NCBI GenBank assembly: GCA_964458975.1
Contig: CAYWMW010000006.1
Span: 1-36,699, forward strand
Origin: an uncultured Lewinella sp.
GTDB taxonomy: Bacteria; Bacteroidota; Bacteroidia; Chitinophagales; Saprospiraceae
DNA: 36,699 nt
Direction of reading: 5' to 3'
The notes under the pieces are model-generated. The model worked only from the letters and a program-made list of their open reading frames with translations, ran no database searches and was not told the DNA's origin. Each line of letters starts with the position of its first letter. The first letter of the stretch is position 1. Below, piece by piece: positions 26,075 through 34,798 of the stretch. Position numbers and translations under genes: made by a program.

Positions 26075-26259
26075 TGGTTGTCTTTTTTATCGTTAGAGGA
26101 ATAGCTGTCACGCAGAGGCTGTTGTTCTACCTCAGCATAGGACCCGCGTCCGCGCCCGAAAACCATAACGAGTACAATGCTGAAAATGAAGAAGAACGTA
26201 AGGAGGGCCATAATGGCGAGCCAGTTGATGTCAGAGCCGGCGAGAAGATATTTTGCCAT
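26071..26259 (-). CDS. ccoQ: cbb3-type cytochrome c oxidase small subunit
   Basis: 62 aa with a single TM helix followed by ..QQPL.D; lies between ccoNO and ccoP. Confidence 0.75.
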   Translation of the reverse strand: MAKYLLAGSDINWLAIMALLTFFFIFSIVLVMVFGRGRGSYAEVEQQPLRDSYSSNDKKDNQ

Positions 26260-26376
26260 TTTTCAAGAATTAGAGTGGTTAATGAAAAGCAGAAAGTCAA
26301 GAAAAGGAAGCTTGGAAACTCCAGTGGGGCGGTTGCTTATGGTCGTCCCACTGGATTGGTCTCCAGCGCTCCGGTG

Positions 26377-28545
26377 TTACTTCTTGGTTTGCTGCTCGGC
26401 CTCGGCCTTGATGTCAGTACCCAAGCGTTGGAGGTAGGCGATGAGGGCTACAATCTGCCGCTCTTCGAGTTCCTCGTCTTCAACGCCTTGTTCGCGGAGG
26501 TCTGCGGCAATTTCAGCTGCCTGCTCCCGCATATCGTCGATGGCAACGTCGGCGTAGCCTTCCGGATACGGAGTGCCCAGGCTCTGGAGCACCCGGATTT
26601 TAGCCGGTAGGTAAGCGCCATCGTACTTCCGCTCCAGCATCCAGGCGTAGGGCGGCATGATGCTGCCGGGGCTGGTGGAGTGGGGGTCTTCCATGTGGCG
26701 GTAGTGCCAGAGGTTGAGGTACTTTCCTCCCAGACGGTGAACGTCTGGCCCGGTACGCTTACTACCCCAGAGGTGCGGCCGGTCGTAGATGAATTCTCCC
26801 GATTTGGAGTACTGCCCGTAGCGCTCCGTCTCGGAGCGGAACGGCCGGATCATCTGGCTGTGGCAGTTGTTACAACCGTTGGCGATGTAGATGTCACGCC
26901 CTTCCAGTTCTAGCGGGGTGTAGGGGTTGACGGAAGCGATGGTCGGCACGTTGTCTTCTACCATCACCATGGGGAAGATCTCCGCCAGCGCACCGATGAG
27001 GATCACCACGGTAGAACCGACGAGCAACTGAACGGGCCGGCGTTCGATCCAGCGGTGCCAGTATTCGCCTTTGTGGGCGCCGGGGCTGGCGGCCAGGGGC
27101 GGTGCAGAAGCGGGCTCGTTGGCCAGGAAGTTACCCTGCTTCACTGTTTTGATCAGGTTGTAGATCATGATGAACACACCGACTACGTAGATGGTACCAC
27201 CAAAGGCACGCAGCATGTACATCGGTAGAATGGCATCAACGGTTTCCAGGAAGTTACCGTACTGTAGCAGACCGTCTGGCGTGAATTGCTTCCACATCGC
27301 ACTCTGCGTCCAACCCGCCCAGTAAAGGGGTACGGCGTAGAAAAGGGTGCCGAGGGTCGCGATCCAGAAGTGGACGTTGGCCAGGCTCTTGCTGTATAAC
27401 TTGGTACGGAAGATGCGCGGGAAGATGTAGTAGAGCACCCCGAAGGTGAGCATACCGTTCCAGCCCAGGGTGCCGATGTGTACGTGGCCCACCGTCCAGT
27501 CCGTATAGTGGCTGATGGCGTTGACGCTCTTGATGGAGAGCAGCGGCCCTTCCAGCGTAGCCATACCGTAGGCAGTGATGGCAACAACCATCATCTTCAG
27601 TACGGGGTCTTCCCGAACCTTGTCCCAGGCACCCCGGAGGGTGAGCAAACCGTTAAGCATACCACCCCAACTGGGCGCGATCAACATCAAACTGAATACC
27701 ATGCCCAGACTCTGCGCCCAGTCCGGAAGACTGGTGTAGAGCAGGTGGTGTGGCCCGGCCCAGATGTAGATGAAGATCAGCGCCCAAAAATGGATAATCG
27801 ACAGGCGGTAACTAAAAACCGGCCGATTGGCGGCTTTGGGTAGGAAATAATACATCAGGCCCAGGTAGGGCGTGGTGAGGAAGAAGGCCACCGCGTTGTG
27901 CCCGTACCACCACTGTATCAGTGCATCCTGCACCCCGGCGAAGACCGGGTAGCTGTGCATGAAAGCGTAGGGAACTTCAAGGCTGTTGCCCACGTGCAGC
28001 ACGGTCACCGTTACCCAGGTAGCGATGTAGAACCAGATGGCTACGTAGAGGTGGCGCTCCCGTCGCTTCAGGATCGTCATGAAGAGATTGATACCGAAAA
28101 CGATCCAGACCAGCGCAATGGCAATGTCTATGGGCCATTCCAGCTCTGCGTACTCCTTACTCGTCGTAAAGCCGAGCGGTAAAGAGATGGCAGCGGCAAG
28201 GATAATGGCCTGCCAGCCGTAGAAATTGATGGCACTCAGCAGGTCTGAATACATCCTGGTTTTAAGCAGTCTTTGCAGGGAATAGTACACCCCCATGTAA
28301 ATACCATTACCGACGAAGGCGAAAATCACCGCATTGGTGTGCAACGGGCGAATACGGCCAAAGGTCAGCTCGGCGGCCACGTTTAGCGAAGGCCACACCA
28401 TCTGTAGGGCGGCCAGTAAGCCAACAATCATGCCAATCAGGCCCCAAAAGGCCGTGGCGTACGCAAACCGCTTTACACTGGTGTTGTCGTACTCAAAATG
28501 CTCCAACGCCAGTTCTTCAGCAGGGGCAGTAGTTACTTTAGTCAT
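26377..28545 (-). CDS. ccoNO: Fused cbb3-type cytochrome c oxidase subunits I and II
   Basis: CcoN motifs RPLHTN, WWYGHNAV, GPHHL and GHVH; CcoO motifs GCNNCHSQMIRP, WGSKRTGPD and SIMP. Likely start is ATG 28545, overlapping the ccoS stop. Confidence 0.97.
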   Translation of the reverse strand: MTKVTTAPAEELALEHFEYDNTSVKRFAYATAFWGLIGMIVGLLAALQMVWPSLNVAAELTFGRIRPLHTNAVIFAFVGNGIYMGVYYSLQRLLKTRMYSDLLSAINFYGWQAIILAAAISLPLGFTTSKEYAELEWPIDIAIALVWIVFGINLFMTILKRRERHLYVAIWFYIATWVTVTVLHVGNSLEVPYAFMHSYPVFAGVQDALIQWWYGHNAVAFFLTTPYLGLMYYFLPKAANRPVFSYRLSIIHFWALIFIYIWAGPHHLLYTSLPDWAQSLGMVFSLMLIAPSWGGMLNGLLTLRGAWDKVREDPVLKMMVVAITAYGMATLEGPLLSIKSVNAISHYTDWTVGHVHIGTLGWNGMLTFGVLYYIFPRIFRTKLYSKSLANVHFWIATLGTLFYAVPLYWAGWTQSAMWKQFTPDGLLQYGNFLETVDAILPMYMLRAFGGTIYVVGVFIMIYNLIKTVKQGNFLANEPASAPPLAASPGAHKGEYWHRWIERRPVQLLVGSTVVILIGALAEIFPMVMVEDNVPTIASVNPYTPLELEGRDIYIANGCNNCHSQMIRPFRSETERYGQYSKSGEFIYDRPHLWGSKRTGPDVHRLGGKYLNLWHYRHMEDPHSTSPGSIMPPYAWMLERKYDGAYLPAKIRVLQSLGTPYPEGYADVAIDDMREQAAEIAADLREQGVEDEELEERQIVALIAYLQRLGTDIKAEAEQQTKK

Positions 28546-28696
28546 CTTCGGAATCTTTGGGGTCCTCAAATAAAATTCTCATTGCGGGAGTCACCTCATC
28601 ATCGTACTGCCCCGTACCCACCGCCCAGAAAAAGGCTACCAGGAAGCCAAGGGCTACCAGTAGGCTGACGATGATGAGGAGTATGATCACTTTCAT
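28538..28696 (-). CDS. ccoS: cbb3 oxidase assembly protein CcoS/FixS (52 aa; below the ORF-track cutoff)
   Basis: Manual translation MKVIILLIIVSLLVALGFLVAFFWAVGTGQYDDEVTPAMRILFEDPKDSEDD, with the WA...GQYDD...PA.RIL signature. Confidence 0.93.
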   Translation of the reverse strand: MKVIILLIIVSLLVALGFLVAFFWAVGTGQYDDEVTPAMRILFEDPKDSEDD

Positions 28697-28747
28697 GGCT
28701 GTCTCTGTTTATGCCTGCAAGGTGCGGCGAGACGCTGGGGTATGAAA

Positions 28748-28804
28748 TGAGGCAGATCACGGGTGGCGATGATATATGTCATTACGCTTGCATGACAATT
28801 GTCA
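28748..28804. promoter_or_regulatory. Three phased CRP/FNR-type boxes upstream of ccoS-ccoNO
   Basis: TGAGGCAGATCA (28748), TGATATATGTCA (28770) and TGACAATTGTCA (28793); spacing 22 and 23 bp. Confidence 0.75.
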
Positions 28805-28806
28805 TT

Positions 28807-31221
28807 TTACCCCCTCCGCCAAACCACCCCCGCCCCCAAAGAAGCCACCACCACAATCGTGACCGAACTAAGCGGCATCAGAATTGCGGCAACAACCGGG
28901 CTAAGGGCGCCGGTCATGGCGTAAGACAAACCGACCACATTGTAGGCAAAAGCCAGCAGGTAGGTAAGGGTAATCACCCATTTCATTCCCTTTGCTGCAC
29001 GGAGTACGGAGGGCAGCCTGGTGAGCTTATCCGCCTTCACGATGCCGTCGCAGGCGGGGTTGAAGCGGGCTTCGTCTTCGTTGACGGCCAGGCCGACCGT
29101 TGCGGCGGCCAGTGCGCCGGCGTCGTTCAGGCCGTCTCCGACCATGAGAATATTAGCCCCCGCTTCTTGTAGCTGGGCGATGTGTTGTCTTTTGTCGAAG
29201 GGGCTCTGCCGGAAACGGGCCTGATCTCCGGGGAAGTACTGCTCCCAGACGTTGTCCTTGGGGGCATGATCGCCGGATAATAGCCAGGTGGCTCCCCGGC
29301 TGTTCACCTCGTTGAGCATGGCTCCGCCGCCATCACGAATAACCGTTTGCTGGGGCTGGAGCCGGAACTGAAGCAATCCGTCAACCGCAGCAAAGGTGCC
29401 CGAGGTGTAGTTCGGGAAGCCGCAAAAAGTCGGACTACCGATCATGAACGCACGCCCCTGATGTTCCAGGCGGAGGCCAGCCCCCGTTATTTCCTCGACT
29501 TCGCCGATCCGGACGCTCATGGCGTTAGCAGCGTCGGCACTCAGTGCTCGCACAATCTCCTGACTGCGGGGGTGGGTAGACTGGCGGGCCATCGCAACAA
29601 ACACCGCCTCGAAGAAGGGAGAACGGGGCGGGACGTAAGAGAGTTGGTCGGTATTACCTTCTTCCGTTAACGTCCCCGTTTTATCAAAGACGAAGGTGTC
29701 TACCGTGCCTAATCGTTCAACGACCGCAGGCCCTCTGAAGTAGAATCCGTCACGGGCCAGCAACCGTTGGATGGTGCCGTAGGCAAAGGGAGCCGCCAGG
29801 GCCAGGGCGCAGGGGCAGGCGATGATGAGCACGGCCGTTGCTGCCCGGTAAGCCCGGGCGGTATCCACCTGGTACCAGTACGCAAGCGTTCCGGCGGCAA
29901 GGAGGAGAATGGTAGCCGTGAAGGCCCGGATCAGCCATTCGGGCGGGGCAACTTCGGCGGTTTTCTGGTTTTCTCCTTCCCGCAGCCACAGCTGGAGGAG
30001 GTAACTCTGGTCGGTAGGCTTGGTGACCAGGATGCGAAGGGCGGAACTCGTCGCCCGGCCGCCAGCAAATACTTCCTGGCCTTCGTGTACCGCAGCGGGC
30101 TCCGCCTCTCCGGTAACGAAGCTGTAGTCGATGCCGTGGGCGGCGGGGCTGAGCAAGGTTCCGTCGGCCGGAATCAGTTGTCCGGGGCGGATGAGCAGGG
30201 TGTCTCCCGCCTCCACGTCTTCGCTGGCGATGGGCTCGGGCGCGCCCTGTTCGTCTTCGCGGTAGGCGGCAACGGGGAAGTAGTCCCGATAATCCCGGTC
30301 AAAATTGAGGCGGGCAAAACTGTACGTCTGGAACCAACGCCCGATAAGCAAAAAGAAGACAAGGCCAGCTAAACTATCGAGGTAGCCCGAGCCCACGCCC
30401 GAAAATATCTCGTACAAAGACCGGCCAAAAAGCGCCAGCATACCGAGGGCAATCGGGAGGTCAATCGTAACGCGGCGCGCCCGCAAAGCATAGAGGGCGG
30501 ACGTGAAAAAGCTCTTCCCGGCGTAGAACATCACCGGTAAGCTCAAGAGCAATAAAAAGCCGTTCATGGCTACTTTAACCCACCCTGCACCTGCGGCCGC
30601 GCCCGCTAAAAGCTCCGACAGGCCGAAATACTCCGGGAAGCTCATCAACATGATGTTGCCAAAGCAAAAACCCGCCACGCCGATGCGGTAAATCAGGGCG
30701 CGGTTGGTACTTTTATCCGCAGTGGCATCCCCCTGCGCACGAAAGTGCGGCGGGTAACCGATGCGGTCCAGCATTTCCGTGACCTGGCGCAGATCGGTGA
30801 CGTTCGGATCGTAAACGATGGTGGCCAGTTTGCGGGCAAAATCAACGGTACAAGACCGAACGCCCGGCAGTAATTGCGGAAGCCGCTCCAGCAGCCAAAG
30901 GCAGGAGGAGCAATGGATGCCGGGCAATTCAAGCTCTACGTGGCAGCGCGTTTCGTCGCGGTAGCGCACGAAACGATCGGCGAGTTTGGGTACGTCCAGC
31001 CAGGCGTAATCAGTATTGTCCGCTTTGTCTTGCCGGGCCCCCGCGCGGTCATCGATCCGATAAAAATCTAGGAGGTTGTTTTCCTGTAAAATCGTGAAAA
31101 CCGTCGCGCAGCCTGAGCAGCAGAACGACTTCCCGTCTTGCACGATGGTCTCCGCAGCACAGGGCTCTCCGCAGTGCTTACAGGTGGTTTTGGTTAGCGA
31201 TGAGGTGGGGTCTTGGCCCAT
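28807..31221 (-). CDS. ccoI: Cu-transporting P1B-type ATPase CcoI/FixI
   Basis: N-terminal CKHCG..CCSGC, HMA motif IHCSSC, VTGE, ACPCAL, DKTGT, GDGLND and YN...MP.SS. Confidence 0.93.
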   Translation of the reverse strand: MGQDPTSSLTKTTCKHCGEPCAAETIVQDGKSFCCSGCATVFTILQENNLLDFYRIDDRAGARQDKADNTDYAWLDVPKLADRFVRYRDETRCHVELELPGIHCSSCLWLLERLPQLLPGVRSCTVDFARKLATIVYDPNVTDLRQVTEMLDRIGYPPHFRAQGDATADKSTNRALIYRIGVAGFCFGNIMLMSFPEYFGLSELLAGAAAGAGWVKVAMNGFLLLLSLPVMFYAGKSFFTSALYALRARRVTIDLPIALGMLALFGRSLYEIFSGVGSGYLDSLAGLVFFLLIGRWFQTYSFARLNFDRDYRDYFPVAAYREDEQGAPEPIASEDVEAGDTLLIRPGQLIPADGTLLSPAAHGIDYSFVTGEAEPAAVHEGQEVFAGGRATSSALRILVTKPTDQSYLLQLWLREGENQKTAEVAPPEWLIRAFTATILLLAAGTLAYWYQVDTARAYRAATAVLIIACPCALALAAPFAYGTIQRLLARDGFYFRGPAVVERLGTVDTFVFDKTGTLTEEGNTDQLSYVPPRSPFFEAVFVAMARQSTHPRSQEIVRALSADAANAMSVRIGEVEEITGAGLRLEHQGRAFMIGSPTFCGFPNYTSGTFAAVDGLLQFRLQPQQTVIRDGGGAMLNEVNSRGATWLLSGDHAPKDNVWEQYFPGDQARFRQSPFDKRQHIAQLQEAGANILMVGDGLNDAGALAAATVGLAVNEDEARFNPACDGIVKADKLTRLPSVLRAAKGMKWVITLTYLLAFAYNVVGLSYAMTGALSPVVAAILMPLSSVTIVVVASLGAGVVWRRG
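30586..30604 (+). repeat. Dispersed motif copy inside ccoI (read antisense as GAAAGA)
   Basis: TGCACCTGCGGCCGCGCCC, in the loop between the first two TM helices. Confidence 0.95.
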
Positions 31222-31230
31222 TATACAGAT

Positions 31231-31288
31231 TTCAGAATTCAGCGTTTAGCGTTCAGCGTACGTTCTAAAACCTGAACGCTGAATGCTG
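31231..31288. repeat. Inverted arrays of 7-bp repeats (TTCAGCG / CGCTGAA-like)
   Basis: ttcagaa-ttcagcg-tttagcg-ttcagcg ... ctaaaac-ctgaacg-ctgaatg-ctg; the right half matches 18732-18755 at 22 of 24 positions. Confidence 0.75.
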
Positions 31289-31294
31289 AGCACT

Positions 31295-32644
31295 TTAAAT
31301 AGCCTGGCTAAAGGTTTTCGTAACCGGCTGCCGCGCCCAGTAGTGGTCGTCCAGCGGCAGGCAGATATTGCGCAGAAACGGCTTGCCGACTTCGGTGACG
31401 TCGATGCGGTAGGGCGAGCGGGCGATGATGCCGTCGGTGGCCATGTCGTTCCACTGTTCAACGGCGCGGCCCAGGGCTTCGCAGCGCAGCGTTTCGGCGC
31501 GCCATTCGGTGTGGCCTTTGCACATCAGGTTCAGGATGTGGCGGCGCACGACCTGGTCATCTTCGTTCAGACGGTGCCCTTTGATGATGGGCAGCCGCTT
31601 GTCTTCGAGGATCGCTTTGGCGTAGGTTTCTACCTTTTTTTCGTTTTGTACGTAGGTGTCCCAGCTGTCTCCGATGGCGGAGCAGCCGAGCGCGAGGGTT
31701 ATCGGCGTATTGGCCGTGGTGTAGCCCATGAAATTGCGGTGAAGGTCGCCGGAGGAGGCCGCGCGGGCCAGATCGTCTTCCGGTAAGGAGAAGTGGTCCA
31801 GGCCGATGTCTTTGTAGCCGCTGTCTTCGAGCAGGTCGCGGCCGGTGGCGTAGAGTTGCCATTTGTCGCGGCCTTTGGGCAGGTCGGTTTCGTCGTAAGC
31901 GCGCTGGCCGGGGCTAACCCAGGGTACGTGCGCGTAGCCGTAAAAGGCGATGCGTTCGGGGCGCAGCTCCTGGATTTTTACGGCGGTGCGGATGATGTCG
32001 TTCTCGGTTTGCCGGGGCAGGCCGTAAATGACATCGAAATTGATGGATTGGTACCCGGCGGCGCGGGCGGCGTCTACCGTACGCTCTACTTCCTCCACCG
32101 TTTGTTTGCGGTTGATCAGGCGCATGATCTCAGGGTTAAAGTCCTGCACGCCGATGCTGATGCGGTTGAAACCCCGCGCAGCCAGTGCCTTGAGGTGCTC
32201 AGGTGTGGTGCTGTTGGGGTGGGCCTCGAAACCGAAGTTGTGGTCTTCGGCTACGTCGGCATCTTTCAGGATGCCGTCAATGAGGCGACCGAGTTCGGCG
32301 GGGGAGAAAAAGGTGGGCGTTCCGCCGCCGAGGTGAAGTTCTTTCAGGCGCGGCCGCAGGTGCAATGATCGGACGTAGATGGCCCACTCCGCCAGCACCG
32401 CATCGATGTAGGGAGCTTCGACGTCGTGCCGCTTGGTGATCCGTTTGTTGCAGCCGCAGTAAGTACAAAGCTCTTCGCAGAAGGGGAGGTGGATGTACAG
32501 GCTAATGTCCCGTGTTTCTGCTAAACGTGTATTCAGACTACCCAGCCATTGGTGTTGGGCGGGGGCTTGCACGTTCCAATAAGGAACGGTCGGGTAACTC
32601 GTATAACGAGGAACGGGTTTGTTGTATTTTTTGATTAACGGCAC
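31295..32644 (-). CDS. hemN: Oxygen-independent coproporphyrinogen III oxidase (radical SAM)
   Basis: Motifs PRYTSYPT, YIHLPFCEELCTYCGC (CxxxCxxC), HLGGGTP, GVQD, IGLDHF and LHRNFMGYT; GTG start. Confidence 0.95.
   Translation of the reverse strand: MPLIKKYNKPVPRYTSYPTVPYWNVQAPAQHQWLGSLNTRLAETRDISLYIHLPFCEELCTYCGCNKRITKRHDVEAPYIDAVLAEWAIYVRSLHLRPRLKELHLGGGTPTFFSPAELGRLIDGILKDADVAEDHNFGFEAHPNSTTPEHLKALAARGFNRISIGVQDFNPEIMRLINRKQTVEEVERTVDAARAAGYQSINFDVIYGLPRQTENDIIRTAVKIQELRPERIAFYGYAHVPWVSPGQRAYDETDLPKGRDKWQLYATGRDLLEDSGYKDIGLDHFSLPEDDLARAASSGDLHRNFMGYTTANTPITLALGCSAIGDSWDTYVQNEKKVETYAKAILEDKRLPIIKGHRLNEDDQVVRRHILNLMCKGHTEWRAETLRCEALGRAVEQWNDMATDGIIARSPYRIDVTEVGKPFLRNICLPLDDHYWARQPVTKTFSQAI
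32347..32365 (-). repeat. Dispersed motif copy inside hemN (encodes LHLRPR)
   Basis: Minus strand TTGCACCTGCGGCCGCGCC, a few codons before HLGGGTP. Confidence 0.95.
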
Positions 32645-32695
32645 GCGGCGGGGGTTGTTTGACCCAAAGGTCAGGTACCGCTGGCCGGTGTTCGA

Positions 32696-32750
32696 TGACG
32701 GATGTCAGTGGGGGGGGTGATCTTGGTCAGTTGGGGCATGATATAGATCA
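32696..32750. promoter_or_regulatory. Three phased CRP/FNR-type boxes upstream of hemN
   Basis: TGACGGATGTCA (32696), TGATCTTGGTCA (32718) and TGATATAGATCA (32739); spacing 22 and 21 bp. Confidence 0.75.
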
Positions 32751-32802
32751 TTGTTTGCTTTATGGAAACGTAAGGACAGGCTCCACGCTACACACCCCAG
32801 GC

Positions 32803-34020
32803 CTACACCTCCGTCCCCTGCGCCACCAACTTATGGTACCGCTCCAACAACTTCCCCGCCAAAACCCTCCGGTCATACTTCTTATGAAAGCGCGTAGCTG
32901 CTGCCCGACCGATGCGTTCCAGCTTGCGGCCCCGGGCCAGACAATCGGCTACGGCTTCAACGAACTGGGCGGGGGTATCGGCGATGAAGAGGTCGCGGCG
33001 GTGCTTCGCCGCGATGCCTTCCAGACCGATGGAGGAGGAGATCACCACCCGGCCCAAAGACATCGCTTCGAGGATCTTGGCGCGCATCCCTCCGCCGCTG
33101 AGCAGCGGAACGATGCTGATGCTGTGGGCAGAAACGAAGGCGCAGGCGGAATCTACTTCGCCGTGGACGACGACGTTCTTCATCTGCAGTTGCTTCATAC
33201 TCTCCGGCATGTTGCGGCCGGCGATGTGGAATTCGATCTCAGGGAACCGACGGTGCATCTCCGGCCAGACATCGTTGAGGAACCACTGCAAACCCTCCAG
33301 GTTGGGCAGCCAGTCTAACGAACCGATGAAGTGGAGGTTGGGTGCTTCGCGGAAGCTCTCGTAAGTCGGCTCTCCGCAGACGGTATCAAGGCCGATGGGG
33401 AGCACGTGGCGGTCGCCCCGGAAGCCCATGCGCTCGAAGCGCTTGCCGTCACGATCCGTGATGGGCAGCAGCAGGTCGTACTGGTTGAGCTGGGCGGTTT
33501 CGTAGTCTTTGAGCTGGCGCGTCAGGTGGCGGAGGTACCAGCGCTTGGGGGCGAAGCGGATGTTGGCGCTGCACCGCTCCCAGATTTCGTGCTCTACGTT
33601 GTGGCTGCGCATCACTACTTGAGCCGAAGAATTGCGGCGGATGGTGGGAACGTAAGGCGAAAGGTAGAGGGTCTCCAGCTGAACGACGGCGAAGTCTTCT
33701 TCCTGGAGCCATTTTTCCAGCGCAACGTGGTACTCCGGAAGGTCGAACCGGCTGATGTGGTAAGACGTGCCGCGTACCAGGTTGCCGAGGGCATCGAAGG
33801 GGCTGATGGCGTTGTCCACATTTACGGTCCGGACTTCTTTGTAGTGGGCCATCTTTTCGGGCAGCTCGGTACCGCTGAAAAAATGCTTGCTTGTGTTCAT
33901 CGCCAGCAGGCTGACCTCGCACCCCAGTTCGCTCAGGCTCTTGCTCAGGCCGTGGATGGCCTGGCTCTCACCGTCTTTGAGTGGGTAGGGGAACTTTTTG
34001 GTCAGTAGTAATAACTTCAT
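32803..34020 (-). CDS. Glycosyltransferase family 4 protein
   Basis: Motifs FPYPLKDG, HNVEHEIW, FIGSLDWLPNLEGL.WF and GGGMRAKILEAMSLG. Likely start is ATG 34020. Confidence 0.9.
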   Translation of the reverse strand: MKLLLLTKKFPYPLKDGESQAIHGLSKSLSELGCEVSLLAMNTSKHFFSGTELPEKMAHYKEVRTVNVDNAISPFDALGNLVRGTSYHISRFDLPEYHVALEKWLQEEDFAVVQLETLYLSPYVPTIRRNSSAQVVMRSHNVEHEIWERCSANIRFAPKRWYLRHLTRQLKDYETAQLNQYDLLLPITDRDGKRFERMGFRGDRHVLPIGLDTVCGEPTYESFREAPNLHFIGSLDWLPNLEGLQWFLNDVWPEMHRRFPEIEFHIAGRNMPESMKQLQMKNVVVHGEVDSACAFVSAHSISIVPLLSGGGMRAKILEAMSLGRVVISSSIGLEGIAAKHRRDLFIADTPAQFVEAVADCLARGRKLERIGRAAATRFHKKYDRRVLAGKLLERYHKLVAQGTEV

Positions 34021-34107
34021 GCTGGAACGGCGATGGTCTCTCAAATGAATCCTGATTGGTGTGAGTGAGTGCTCTTCGCTGGCTTGATACGGTGAGTTGG
34101 GGGAACG

Positions 34108-34539
34108 TTGCTTCTTGTTTTAAAATTTTATCCCGCTAGTGGCCGTTCTGACCAACAAGGAGCATATACTTTTACCGATGACGCGGTACTGCCAAACACA
34201 ACCTACTACTACCGTCTTCGCCAGGTAGACTTCGACGGAACTGAATCGTATTCCGATATTATCTTCGGAGCCATTAATGATGAGGGTTTTGGGTTAAGTG
34301 CATTCGTACCTAACCCGGCTGAAGCTGTTACCCAGCTTACCGTTCACCTGAAAAAAGATGCCAGTACGTCCGTCACCCTCTTCGACGCAACGGGGCGCCA
34401 GGTATTCCGGCAGGAACAACGCCTCCAGGCTGGAAACAACCCCATCGAGATTAACGTGGAGCACCTGCCAACAGGCAGCTACACCGCCCGTGTGAGAACC
34501 GCTTCCAGGGTGCTCACCCGTAAACTGATTGTGCGTTAA
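34108..34539 (+). pseudogene. Orphan C-terminal fragment of a T9SS (Por) substrate: Ig-like strand plus type A CTD
   Basis: YTFTD..YYYRLRQVDFDG..YS followed by the CTD (PNPA..LFDATGR..LPTGSY..TRKLIVR). No ATG or signal peptide; the domain begins part-way through. Confidence 0.65.
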
Positions 34540-34580
34540 AAACGCCAACCCTTCGAAAAAACTATTTTTTAGGGGGAGCG

Positions 34581-34626
34581 AAACAGGAGTCATCCGGCAA
34601 GTTCGGGATGACTCCTGTTTTTTGTT
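34581..34626 (+). terminator. Rho-independent terminator, probably bidirectional
   Basis: Stem AAACAGGAGTCATCC/GGATGACTCCTGTTT with a 10-nt loop and a T tract; lies between convergent ORFs. Confidence 0.85.
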
Positions 34627-34652
34627 GTACAAGCCCTGCAACAAAAACTTCC

Positions 34653-34673
34653 TTTGCACCTGCGGCCGCGCCC
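34653..34673 (+). repeat. Dispersed motif copy (intergenic)
   Basis: TTTGCACCTGCGGCCGCGCCC preceded by CAAAAACTTCC. Confidence 0.95.
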
Positions 34674-34798
34674 TTATTTAGTCAAGTAACGCGAATCAAG
34701 AGCGAAAACAGGGAGGGCCGGGAACTCGGAGGTAGTCAAACAGCAACTGCCGCACAGGAAGTCCCACGCGGCAGCTACTACTTGGCTGTTTGATTGCT

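Noticed and set aside
26377-28545. ccoN-ccoO fusion and single-heme CcoP as novelties
   Set aside because: This is the usual arrangement in Bacteroidota cbb3 clusters.
32659-34008. 219-aa and 225-aa + strand ORFs
   Set aside because: Antisense shadows of the GT4 gene.
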